NCBI GenBank assembly: GCA_020137815.1
Contig: CM035360.1
Coordinates: 7,130,001-7,194,000 of the forward strand
DNA: 64,000 bases
Reading direction: 5' to 3'
Source of the DNA: Hormiphora californensis
Taxonomy: Eukaryota; Animalia; Ctenophora
The notes under the pieces are model-generated. The model worked only from the letters and a program-made list of their open reading frames with translations, had not been told where the DNA came from and did no database searches. The position numbers were made by a program, and so were the translations under genes. Positions 39,652 through 52,848 of the stretch are shown here, piece by piece (the first letter of the stretch is position 1; each line of letters starts with the position of its first letter).

Positions 39652-40871
39652 TCAGTGGTCACGTCAAAATGCACTGTGGCGCGCGAAAGAACCCTCTTTA
39701 TGCTCTGCCGTGCGTTACAGGTGCGCGCAAATCCAAAATTTCGCAGTTTTCACCGATTTTTTTCAAAATCTTGTTGTTTTTTTTTCATTTTTTCTTCTTT
39801 TGACTTTTCTCTCTCCGTCTTTTTGGTCTGGATGTCCGCGGACACCTACGAGCGCCGTCCCTGCGTTACAGAATAAAGTCGGTACAAGAGGGGTTTAACA
39901 TTGTTAATAAGAGCCTCCTAAAGTCCATTTTTTCAACTGTTTACCCAAAAACTGAAATTTAGAATTTTTGTGACGCGTGCTACACGTTAACATGTGATAA
40001 ACGCGCAAAACAATTCCGTGCACGACTTTGGGGGGTGAAAAGTTGAAAAAAATGGAGTATAATAGGAGAAAAATTAGAGATTTTCCCAGAAAATCTAATT
40101 TTAGTTCTATTTTACAGCAGGTGCCAAGGTTTTCAATAGCAAATATTTATTTAGGTGGACCCATTCAGGGAAGGTCTGTTTCCAAAGTTTTACTGACTCA
40201 CAAAATTATGCTCTTTCCGATAGGGATCCCTAAAAAAGTTCAGTATTTACACAGCGTTTACACAGTCTTGACACAGTCGTTACACCCAGAGCGGCGTGTG
40301 CTGCACACAGCGCCCAGCGGCTATGAAATGCGAGACGGTCACTGATACGGTGTAGTCTAAAGTTCTGTTTTGCTATTCGCATTCTGAGCTGCTGATTGCA
40401 TGATCGTGCAATACCAATGAACCTAAGACAGGGAGCTCTAGCCTAAAATATATAACTTTACATGACTATTATTCTTGTGCTGATATTTGAGGTTTTATCA
40501 CTTCTCAACTCACGATTCCAGGACGTGAGGCCAGTACAGAATTCAGAGGCTGATAACAATAGCTTTTTATTGCTTTGTAATGAAAATATTTAAAACAATC
40601 ATTTACTCTACTAGCTATTGCTGGCTCCGGCTGAAAATTTTTCAAGTCTCGATCAATCACACAAGTGAAACAATTCTCTGATATGCCAGGTTAATCTAAT
40701 ATGTTGTTCGTGAGATTTGCCCGTGTTTACACTCTATGTACTTCCCGTTTCCAGCACACTCTGTAGCATACTGCACGTTTGTTGGGATATATGTTTGTTG
40801 GGATATATATATATCAGGAAGTGTGTGTTTGTATCTGACCTAATTCCCTGCTGTTAGGAGGCCATGAGGCG

Positions 40872-42242
40872 ATGAATACAGATGTAGAGAGGTTACTAGA
40901 GGAAGAAACAGAGCCTATAGAAACAGAAGAAGAAGACACTATCGGCGAGGAAGAGGGCAGTTGTTGCGACCATATTTATATTTATAAGATGCCTCACCTT
41001 ACACGGACCCAACTGAATGGGCTTGATAAATACAAGGTAGGTTATTAGCTAACAAGCTAATAACAATCACATCTCTAACTCAGTATGTTACCAGCGTCCC
41101 CTACATACCCCGTCCCCCGACATATTTCCACCAACTCCAACTCAGTAGCTAACTGATATATCTCCCCCTTCAGTACTCTGCGATCGACACCTCGCCCCTG
41201 TCCAAGTATATTATGCATCCGTTCTGGAACTGGCTAGTACAGGTACATGAGCTAGGTTTATCTTTCAAGCTAGGTTTATCTTTCAAGAGAATCCATCGGA
41301 ATCCATACCCAGCGTCAATCAGTCAACTCTGCCCACTCTCATTATATGTACTAGTAAACCCGTTCGCCCTACGGGCGAATTTCGCGGAAATGGTAGCTGG
41401 ATTAGGAAATACTGACATCACCAGTCGAACTGTTGACATGCACTATCCCTACGGCAACGTAAAAGGAGCTCAGGCGGGATCGCTGCGAGTTTTAGAACGC
41501 CAGAAGATGATCAGGCGATCAAAGTGATAAAAGAACTATTTTGCAGATTCCTCGCATTTCGTCAGATTGTGGTCATCTGCCTTAATCTCTGAGATTGATC
41601 ATCGGTTCTGTTTTATCTCCAACGTCTTGTTCGTTCTCTCTGCACTTCTCTTGGTGTTGCTGCATTTTAACCCCTCAGTGTATGGAAAAGTAGAGAACGG
41701 CGGTCGGATCTTGCATGAGTAACTCAAATTGTCGCTGTCGTATATCAGCAGTTGTTGAAACTTGAAGAGAGCATATAATTAGGTGGAACAGTGACGCAAT
41801 ACAAAGCAAGATCAGATGCACGTGCAACTGCACTACAATAATAACAATCCTTGGTAACGGCTCCCTACCCCTGGCCCCACTCCAGCTAGTAGACTCCACC
41901 TCTAAACCTGCACGTGCAAAATGCCATATTTGGTAAAAAACGTTACACTGGATTTCCCTATTTGCTTTAATAATAGTATGATACTGTATACTGTATAGTC
42001 TCTCTCTCTCTGTGATGAGAAGAGAATAATTAAGTAAACAAGCACACACGCAGAGAGAACATGTCATGATGACAAATAATTCAGATGTTAACTTCTCTCC
42101 AATAATATATCCCCTCTCTCAGTTTTTCCCGATGTGGCTGGCCCCCAATGTTATCACGTGTATTGGGTACGTGTGCCTTGTCATTGACTACTCCCTCCTA
42201 GCACATTACGACTGGGACTTCACTGCCAACAACACAGAACAG
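40872..42242 (+). CDS. SELENOI: Ethanolamine/choline phosphotransferase (EPT1-like), exons 1-3 (40872-41036, 41174-41242, 42123-42242)
   Basis: LTRTQLNGLDKYK|YSAIDTSPLSKYIMHPFWNWLVQ|FFPMWLAPNVIT; exon 4 lies beyond the Polinton (60710-60806, cleaner copy 33596-33692). Confidence 0.8.
41351..41981 (-). mobile_element. Non-autonomous Helitron, copy 2, in EPT1 intron 2
   Basis: Reverse complement of 20227-20787 with the same TC and hairpin-CTAG termini. Confidence 0.8.
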
Positions 42243-42471
42243 GTAACACACTGTTAATTTGTGGCGAATGCGTCAGTTGAGTAACTGGAGAATTAAGAAA
42301 TAGATTCGGAAAGCAGAAAGGTCTCTGGTCTGTTACCAGTGTAGGAAGGTTGTATGTGTGTGTGTGTGCAATTATAGTATGTACATTGAGTGTTTAGAAT
42401 GGACCTATATACTCAGCTCTTCTCTGTGTGTCTCATAGCTCCCTCTCTGTCCCTCTCTCTCTCTCTCTCTC

Positions 42472-43301
42472 AGTAGTGTAAAATTGGGGAGTTTAGTTCA
42501 TGGGGAGTTTAGTTCACGGAAAAAAAAATTTATTTTTATTTTTTTAATTTTTTCTGTATACAGAGAGGGGTTTTAGAAAAAAAATTTATATGGAAATTTT
42601 CATCATGAAATTTCTGACAAGATGGGAAAAAAATCAAAAAGAAATGAAACCTAATTTACAGGACATAATGATCAGGGGGGATCGTTTCCGCCCTCAACAC
42701 TCCCCCTTCCAGCTCGTGCCATAAGGGATCGCTTCCGACCTCAACACACGCCCTCAATCCAAGATTGATAACTCGTGCCATAGGGGAGAACATGTATACT
42801 GCTTCCGCTCTCAACACACGCCCTCAATCCAAGATTGATAACTCGTGCCATAAGGGAGAACATGTATACTGCTTCCGGTCTCAACACCCCTGTGGCAGAG
42901 AGAAAATATAATTCAAGATCCACTGCCACAAGGATCTCGAAAGTGGAAACCTATTTGAAAGCTCCAGGATACATGTATTGAAGACGGCATCTGCATCTAG
43001 TTCAGGCCATGCACCTGGAGTACACGGAATAATGCAGGGTGTATATCAGGAAGAGTCGAGAGCTTTCTAGTCATAACAACAGGCATCTCGAATACATTTG
43101 AAAGCTCTGGCGTTATGATGGCTCGAGAGGCGGCACCATATATCCCATGTGGATAACCTTCGGACAGAGGGGGATCTAGTAAGCCAGCTTCAAAGAAGAG
43201 AACGACGGGGAGAGAGAGGAGGCAAGTGAAACAAGTAACTTTAAAATGTATAAAAACAATGATTAATAAATTAAGGACATCTTCCACAGTCACACTCTAC
43301 T
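42472..43301 (+). repeat. Polinton left TIR (about 830 bp)
   Basis: Starts agtagtgtaaaattggggag; reverse complement of 59017-59765; internal about 70-bp tandem repeats at 42690-42890. Confidence 0.92.
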
Positions 43302-43307
43302 CATACA

Positions 43308-45171
<1,864 letters not shown>

Positions 45172-45223
45172 GTTACCTTAGACGGGGGTGCTAAACAACA
45201 AAAACGCATTGTTTAATGGCAAT

Positions 45224-45786
45224 CTAATAGCATACTACATCATTGGAATAAATAACCACACAATTGTGTCTGTTTTGATTTTGCCACCCACTAAGTTCAT
45301 ATTTTTGTCCAATTATCAGGCCTGGGGTTAGACGAGTAACAGCACAAAACGTTTCATCACTATCACGAAAGTACAGCTTCATGTAGGTCTCTTCGTTTTT
45401 AACTTTGATAAGCTCCCAAAATCCTAAACAAGGAAAGTTAAACAAATATACTAAGACCAGCACTGTACTAAACCTTTTATTTTTATTTTTGATGCATCAT
45501 GGTCTGTTGGACACTTATCAACAATGAAGCGATGGCATATAGGGCAAGATTGAAAGCTGGCTTTCCTAACTCTTTTCACTTTACGAAACCGACGGTCAGA
45601 ATACCCATCATGGAATTCAATATCTAGGTGATCACCAACAGCAACAGATAAATTCTTCAAGTGTGAAGGAAAGAGACGAACAGAGTAGGCTTCATGCCAA
45701 AATCCTGTTTCAGTTATCAAATCTAGGCGAACTCCTCCGAAAACGTCGGAAGATGGTTCCGAAAACAAAACACTAGCAAATACCAT
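45224..45786 (-). CDS. Polinton 2-exon gene, beta-rich with a CxxC motif (unknown function)
   Basis: Exons 45786-45474 and 45423-45224 joined by a 50-bp phase-1 intron giving KIKG|FWEL. Confidence 0.75.
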
Positions 45787-46257
45787 TTTTACAATTGTGT
45801 GAGGAATGAATAACTTATATAGGTATTCGATTTATAAAAAAGAAAAATATTTTTTTTCCCACAAAAAATCCTGAAACAGTAAAATAAATGGACCGATCAT
45901 AACTTGGAGATCACAGTTGCATGTAAGAAAACTATATATTTTTTACACGTGTATCCCATGTGGATAACCTTCGGACAGAGGGGGATCTAGTAAGACAACT
46001 TCAAAGAAGAGAACGACGGAGAGAGGAGGCATCTTGTTCATGCAAACGATACACCCCAGTACACGGAATAATGCGGGGTGTATATATCAGGAAGTTATAG
46101 GATCGAGGGATGTACGGTTTACAGATGCATGCAAGAAAATTACACATCTTTTTCACGCACTACACTATATATATATATGGCAGCTAATAGAACCTCAATA
46201 CTCGAAATCGCTTGCTATATTTGTTGCTTACCCTCAACTCAATCTTTTAACTCAACC

Positions 46258-49200
46258 ATGATCTCCTCTGCAATCCGATCCGGATCTCTAACCGCTGACG
46301 TCACCGGCAGACTCAATGCCCATAAAATCCCAACACGGTTTGCAGTAAAATGCCAAATCAAAGTGGATGACAAAACAAAGGACTTCCGATCAAGGCCCCG
46401 AGTGGTCTACTCCAAGGAAAGGATCCCTAACTTGGTTTCGGCATTGGGTGCGGAAATGTTTAACGCACAGTTCGATATGTTGGCTGCTCATGCAGTCGTT
46501 AATGGGCAGGGAGCGAGGATTATCAACCCCACCCTTCTACTGGAGGATGCTTCCCCCATTTCATTTAGACATCCGAAACAAGAGGATAAGGAGTCACTAA
46601 ATGGAGCAATGACAAAGACATACATACGTCCAGATGCCAGTTCCGATTATGAGGGTGTATTGCGTCAAAACACCCAACTAATTGTTGAAAATATGAGGAA
46701 CTTCCTCTCTGTCAATCTAGGGTTAAAGTTTTCCCTAACATTAACCTTGAGGATGAGACGAGCGGTTCAGATTGAAGAGGAAGCGACATTCTTCACCCAC
46801 ACCAAGACGAGGATCGTCTATCCCGCTGATGATCTCGAAGCGATCGTCAAAGAACACATAGACGAGTTACTAGAAAACATCGACAATTTGGAACGGGAGG
46901 GGTCCGGTTGGATCGTTAATGATATTGAAAAGATCGAAATCTCAAAAGCACGGTACGTAAAAAAACTCATTAGTTCATTCTTCAACTGTTCACCACAAGT
47001 TTCAATTCATAGAGACACACATCTATATGCTCACAGGTATACGCCGACGCTAAGAGGTTGCCATCAAGAATTGCCCGACTATTTGGCCAACAGAACCAAG
47101 TGTCTGCTCAACATTAAAAGCAAAGATCAAAAGTGTCTGTTATACTGTTTAATAGCTGGAACAATGAAAGATGATGAGCTACCAAATAGGAACATGCGGA
47201 AAAAGGCGAGTTCCTACGAATCACATGTGGCTGACTGGCAGATGGATGGAATAAACTTCCCCATAACCGATTTGAAGCAGGTATACTACTGGTAGAGACC
47301 TTAAGTTAGACAGGATTTTTTTAAATGTTTTTGAGCGATATCAAAACCAGTACCTTTCAGTTGGATAAAATTGAGAGTCAAAATGACATTGCCATCAGTG
47401 TATTTGGTACTGCCGAGGGTGGCATCTATCCGGTTAAACCATCAAAGAGTAAAAGCACAAGGATAGTAGATGTGTTACAGATTGGTGAGGGTGAGAAACA
47501 GCACTTTGTGCTCATCCGGAACCTTCTAACTCTCATAAAGCCCAAACACAAAGGCGGCAACTTTTTATGTCGCAACTGCTTTTATATGTAAGTGTTTCCT
47601 CACCACCTCTCTCTCTCTCTTTTTGCATTACACCCTCAATTCCTGTACTTATGATCCTCATTATTGCAGAACATCCACCAAAAAGGTATATGATGAGCAT
47701 ATAGAGCAGTGTTATAAAAATGCTCCTCAAGTCACTACAATGCCTTATGAGAAGTATTTGGAATTCAAAGGATTTCAAAAGATGGTTGAACACCCGTTTT
47801 ACATAGGTACGTACTGCGAATGGGATGGATTTTTGAGGGGAGGGATTTTATTTGACCCACCGTATTTTCAGCTGCTGATTTCGAATGCCTGTTGGAGCCA
47901 GAATGTGTACTTTGTGAAGGATGTTCCAAATGCACAGGGAACACTACAGACATTGCTTTACACACTCCATTTGCATATAGCCTCAAGGTTCATAGCATGT
48001 TTAATGAGCATGAACCTGAGGTGTATATCGGAGAAGATTGTGTAAAGAGATTTATAGCCCGGTTAAGGGAGCTTTATACTGAGTTTTACCCCACGCTGTC
48101 TACTGTTACGCCTATGGAACCCCTGACTGATGCGATTAGAGCTCGGTTGGATCCCAACATGTGTCATATTTGCACAAAGCCCATCACCGAAGACCGCCAT
48201 CTCGATCACTGTCATTATACTGGAAAAATCATTAATTATGCACATCCTACATGCAATCAAGCTCGCTCACGCCCAATGCACGTTCCTGTAATATTTCATA
48301 ACTTAACAAATTACGATGGTCACTTTTTAATACGACAGCTCGCCGAGGAGTTCGATAGTTGCACCATCATATCTAGAAGCATGGAAAAGTTCAATGGCGT
48401 CACCGTGGGTCCTAGTGGAACAAATCAAGGTCCGAAATTCAAATTCATTGATTCAGCACAGCACCTCAAGGGTAGTTTAGATGAACTGGCGAGGGATCTG
48501 AAGCATGATGACCTGAAATCTTTCCATTCATTCGTGGGGAAAAGATTCGGAAATGAGGCACTTGCACCGCTCCTGTACAGGAAAGGTGTATTTCCGTATT
48601 CGTTTATGTCCTCAATGGAAAAGCTCTATGAACCACTTCCCCCAAAGGAAGAGTTCTTCAATTCTCTGACTGGGGAGGGTGTCAGTGATGAAGACTATGC
48701 TCGAGCTGTGGAAGTGTGGGATAAGTTCAATTGCATTTGCATGAAGGACTATGTCGAGATCTACGCTCTCACAGATGTAGCACTGCTGGAGAAAGTCTTT
48801 GACGTTCATCGAGAAGTATCGCTTAAGGGTTACGGTCTTGATCCTCTGCATTACTTTAGTTCTGCATCATTGACCTGGGATGCGGGACTGAAATTTACCA
48901 AGGTTAAGTTGGAGAACATCCGTGATCGTGACATGTACGACTTTATCGAAAGGGCAAAGAGAGGGGGAGTCTGCACTATTGTTAAAAGATTGAGTACGGC
49001 TGGTGATAGGACTCTCCACTACTTTGATTGTAACAACCTTTATGGGAAAGTAATGATGGAGCCGCTCCCAATATCGAACTTCAAATGGGCACATTGGACG
49101 TTAGATCAAGCACTATGTGAGATCAACGGGTGGAATCGTCTTGGTCCTGATGCTGCGTTTATTGAAGGGGACTTTGAATTTCCTGAGGACCTCCACGATA

Positions 49201-50279
49201 AGCTCAGCGACTTTCCGCCTCTACCAGAGAAAATGTTAGTTCCTGAAGCATCACCGCACACAACAAAACTTAGGGAAGAGTTGAATGTGAAAAAGGGAAA
49301 TATAGAAAAGCTGTTACCCCATCTTGGAAAACATTCTCAGTATGTGGTGCATATTAGCGCTGCTAAAAAGGCACTCGAGTTAGGAGTCAGGTTGGTGAAT
49401 GTTGGAAAGGTTGTGACATTCCGGCAGGAAGCATGGCTTAAACCATACATTGAATTCAATACACAGCAACGCCAGAGCACAACCAGCAAGCCTAAAGTGC
49501 GGTTCTTCAAAAATATGAACAACTCATTCTATGGCAAGACCATGGAAAATGTTAAGATCCGCCGGAACATTGTTATTGCCAAGAACCCAACGGCGGCACA
49601 GTTCCAGGTGAGGAAATTACAGTACAAGGGATTTCAGATTCTTGGGGAAAATCTGGCGTTGATAGAGAATTTCCAGAGCAAAGTATGCCTCGATCGTCCA
49701 ATTTATCTGGGCGTTACTATTTTGGACACCAGTAAAGTGTTAATGCAAACTTTCTGGTATGATTGCTTGAGGGAGAGGTATCCAGATGCACAGCTGTGCT
49801 TTACAGACACTGACAGCTTCCTGTTCGACGTGCCAGCCAACTTTGATGCGGGGATGCTTTCAGGCTGGATGGACTTTTCCAACTATCCACCCACTCACCC
49901 ACTTCATGATCCATCCAAATCAAAAGTCCCAGGTTATTTCAAGGACGAAACAGCTGGGGCTCCGATTAAACAGTTTGTTGGGCTAAGATCGAAGCTTTAT
50001 TCCATCGAGATGGGTGATGGTAGTGTGAAAAAGTCGACAGCTGGGGTGAAACGTGCTGTGGCTGATAGAGAGATTGAGCATGACAACTTCTATCAAATAG
50101 TTACGGGTAGAAAGAGAATAAAGACAGTACATCAACATACTATACAATCACGAGCACACATTGTCCATGAGAGGCGTCAGCTGAAACGAGCTCTGTGTGC
50201 CATTGACGATAAACGGTGGGTGCTTCCCGATGGGATCCTAACGTATCCTCATGGTCACAAGAGAGCTCGGACTCACTGA
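46258..50279 (+). CDS. Protein-primed family B DNA polymerase (pPolB), 5 exons, about 1236 aa
   Basis: Exons 46258-46952, 47037-47280, 47361-47587, 47670-47806, 47872-50279; EGSGW, ADFE, DHCH..G..AH..CN, FHNLTNYDGH, RKGVFPY, DCNNLY, KNMNNSFYGK, TDTDS, DDKR. Confidence 0.95.
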
Positions 50280-50329
50280 AATGTTACTGTGGTAACTCTA
50301 CGTGTGCGGAGCACACGTACAACTGAAAT

Positions 50330-50933
50330 TCAGGCGGGGCCGCCCGCAGTACTTACGTAACGTGCGAGTACTAAGACTTTCCCTGCCTCTCCTGTGATCC
50401 ATCCGTAAAGCACGACTCTGGTCCCGACTTTAAGCTTCATTGATGCGTTTGACTTTTCAATCCTGCAATTACCCCTGGAAAATACCACAACGTTTTCGCC
50501 GATTCGCTTGGTTGTTTTCTCTACTGTCCATTCACCTGAAAGATTAGTTTCAGTGTCGGGAAAAATAATAATTTAGTGGCATTACCTTTAATTTGCATTG
50601 CACTGCTCGGTTTACAGTTGCATTTAACATCTGGTAGATTAAATTTTCCACACTGGCTACACTCATTGAGAGGCATCGGTACAATCCTGGTGGCAACCAG
50701 CTCTTCCTTTGGAAACTCGCCCCGTCTATATGCCTGAAATAGAAAATAAATTAGCCTGTGACAATTTGAGACGATATACGTACCTCAACCATACATGTTG
50801 AACCTCGAGCAACCACAGCACAAGAGAGCATCTCATGGTCAAAGGAGAGTATAGTCATTTTGTAGCCCTCTTCTACCCGTAACTTGATGTTATGTTCACT
50901 ACTGAACAGCTGACCATAAAAAATTTCGATCAT
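50330..50933 (-). CDS. Polinton 3-exon gene with CxxC..CxC, probable paralog of 45224-45786
   Basis: Exons 50933-50784, 50733-50586, 50535-50330 splice in frame: ...CSQCGKFNLPDVKCNC...QIKG|EWTV...VLYGW. Confidence 0.72.
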
Positions 50934-50986
50934 GCTTATAGAGAGAGAGAGATTAGTTGCGGGTTATAAAATATTAAAAGACAATT

Positions 50987-51507
50987 TTAAAGTGTATTTA
51001 AGTTAATTAATTCTTTCACAACAATAGCACTCTTTGACAAACTACAGTATCTTGCTTTGTGTCTATTGTGACATAGTAGGGGGAACTCATTTCCAATATT
51101 CACTATACCCGAAATGTCCCTCACATTCTGACAATATTTTTCAATAAACCGTTTGGCTGACGAGCCGTGTGTCAGCACCTCATCGGCGTGATGTCGCTTA
51201 ACCAGATCAATAGCAACAGATAAGGGGATTGAACCACGGAGAGGCTCCGTAAGACCAATGCCACCAAGAACATGACGAGTGTACCAGTTAGTTTTCCTAT
51301 CGTTTGCTGTTAGTTCTAAATCTAAGGGATGGTTCAGTGGTCAAGAGGGATCACAGGGGGGGGGGGGGGTGAAAGCTTACCTATCGGTGGTGAAATGCAA
51401 AATGCCCGCGTATGGATGTTACCATACTCTCGATAGGTAATAACCATCTCCCGAGGGTAAAACCCGCTAGAGAGGTTGACCCCATCCATGACAATCAAGG
51501 TTTTCAT
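50987..51507 (-). CDS. Polinton 2-exon gene, possibly DEDD-exonuclease-like fold
   Basis: Exons 51507-51381 and 51321-50987 (59-bp intron): IVMDG..FYPRE..F.ISPP..L..TNWY..G..C..H..C; resembles a common Maverick accessory ORF as I recall it. Confidence 0.68.
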
Positions 51508-51582
51508 TACGCTAAACTCTAACATTTGGGTTAGAAAAAAGAATTAACATCTACACAAGACTGCAGCAAATATATCACCTAG

Positions 51583-51978
51583 TCAATTTGCAGTTCTCTT
51601 CTTTTTACGCTTAATACAACAATACGAGTCATTATCTTCAGTTATAAAGCGACCATAGTAAACACTATCGGCTGTAGCTGTTAACAAAAACTGTCGGGCG
51701 ATTGAAATAGAATCTGCCTTATCTTGTTCAGCGTTTTCACTGCTTGGCAAATTATCTTTGAGCTCATCATACATAATAGACAGTTGACGGAGGACAATCG
51801 AGCGAACCTCGTTAAATCGCACAGCTAGTTTATCATGCAATGACAGTTGCTGACACTGATGCAATAGGGCACTGTTGAAAGCTTTCTTATGACCGGGACA
51901 GTCCCGACGGGAAACCTTGACAGCTTCATCAACGACACGATTGGCAACATATGCAATCCAAAGATCAGAGCAGTACAT
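51583..51978 (-). CDS. Polinton hypothetical protein with basic C-terminal NLS-like tail
   Basis: 131-aa ATG ORF, CPGH..LH.C motif, KRKKKR, TATA-like run upstream. Confidence 0.7.
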   Translation of the reverse strand: MYCSDLWIAYVANRVVDEAVKVSRRDCPGHKKAFNSALLHQCQQLSLHDKLAVRFNEVRSIVLRQLSIMYDELKDNLPSSENAEQDKADSISIARQFLLTATADSVYYGRFITEDNDSYCCIKRKKKRTAN

Positions 51979-52038
51979 GATTATGAAAGTCTGTTAGCAG
52001 TCTGGTATATATATACACTAGTTCAAGGCGAAAAAAAA

Positions 52039-52791
52039 TTAATTTTTTTTCTCTTGGACTTGCTGTAAATATTTTATACTGTCACTAATAATTGTCAAGA
52101 TATGAGAAAATGCTGCTTTATTTTTTGAAATTTCTTTTTTGACCAGCGATAAGTTTGTAGCTTTTTCAACATTTTTTATAAGTTTTTTATCTTCTTCTGT
52201 CAGCATGATGCGCTGGGGTACTGCTATAGGAATCACGCCATACAATAACCCGGTAACTAACTTTTGGAATGATTTTAGCAACTTGCGACTTGCAAAAATT
52301 TTGGAAACATTTCCCTTTGATAAGTGGGACTTTAGTATCCAAAAGTCGTGAATTGAGGCGCTGTTAATTATGGAATCAGAGAACTCATTATAATTTCTAT
52401 CGTCCAAGCGTTCTTGGTATTCTTCCACTTGCTTATTCAGCAAGTCAATTTTACTCAGTTCCTCTGTATGCTTATCCTTTTCATTTTTCAACAGTTTTTT
52501 TAGTTTTTGCACCTTTTCTTGCTCCGTAGATAATTCAAGTTTTAACTTAACAATTTCCGTCTCTCGCGGGATTGTTTTCACCTTCTCAGTGAACAGATTA
52601 TCTTTTAACTGCTGAACTTCGTCAGGTTTTTTATTGGATGTCTTGGTTCTCTTGGTTACATCACGTTCGACAGTATCGGGAGCTTTTCTCTTGCCAGATG
52701 ATCGTAGCAGTATGGTTCTGTGTTCTGCTTTTTTGTGTTGAAGCAGCTCCGTGTAATCCGGGAAAGTTTTTTCGCAAATGTAGCACTCCAT
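52039..52791 (-). CDS. Polinton C2H2 zinc finger plus coiled-coil protein
   Basis: CYICEKTF..LLQHKKAEH, GKRK NLS-like motif, heptad-rich middle. Confidence 0.8.
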   Translation of the reverse strand: MECYICEKTFPDYTELLQHKKAEHRTILLRSSGKRKAPDTVERDVTKRTKTSNKKPDEVQQLKDNLFTEKVKTIPRETEIVKLKLELSTEQEKVQKLKKLLKNEKDKHTEELSKIDLLNKQVEEYQERLDDRNYNEFSDSIINSASIHDFWILKSHLSKGNVSKIFASRKLLKSFQKLVTGLLYGVIPIAVPQRIMLTEEDKKLIKNVEKATNLSLVKKEISKNKAAFSHILTIISDSIKYLQQVQEKKN

Positions 52792-52848
52792 TTTTGTCGA
52801 TCCTAGCCGCCCGTGCTATTTATACTCTGAGCATGCAGCCCCATTACC

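Noticed and set aside
42741-43293. ORFs within the TIR
   Set aside because: No ATG starts or recognisable motifs, and frames differ between the two TIRs
46078-47891. pPolB N-terminus as a frameshifted pseudogene or as separate ORFs
   Set aside because: Each break is bounded by GT-AG with matching phases, and splicing restores conserved motifs
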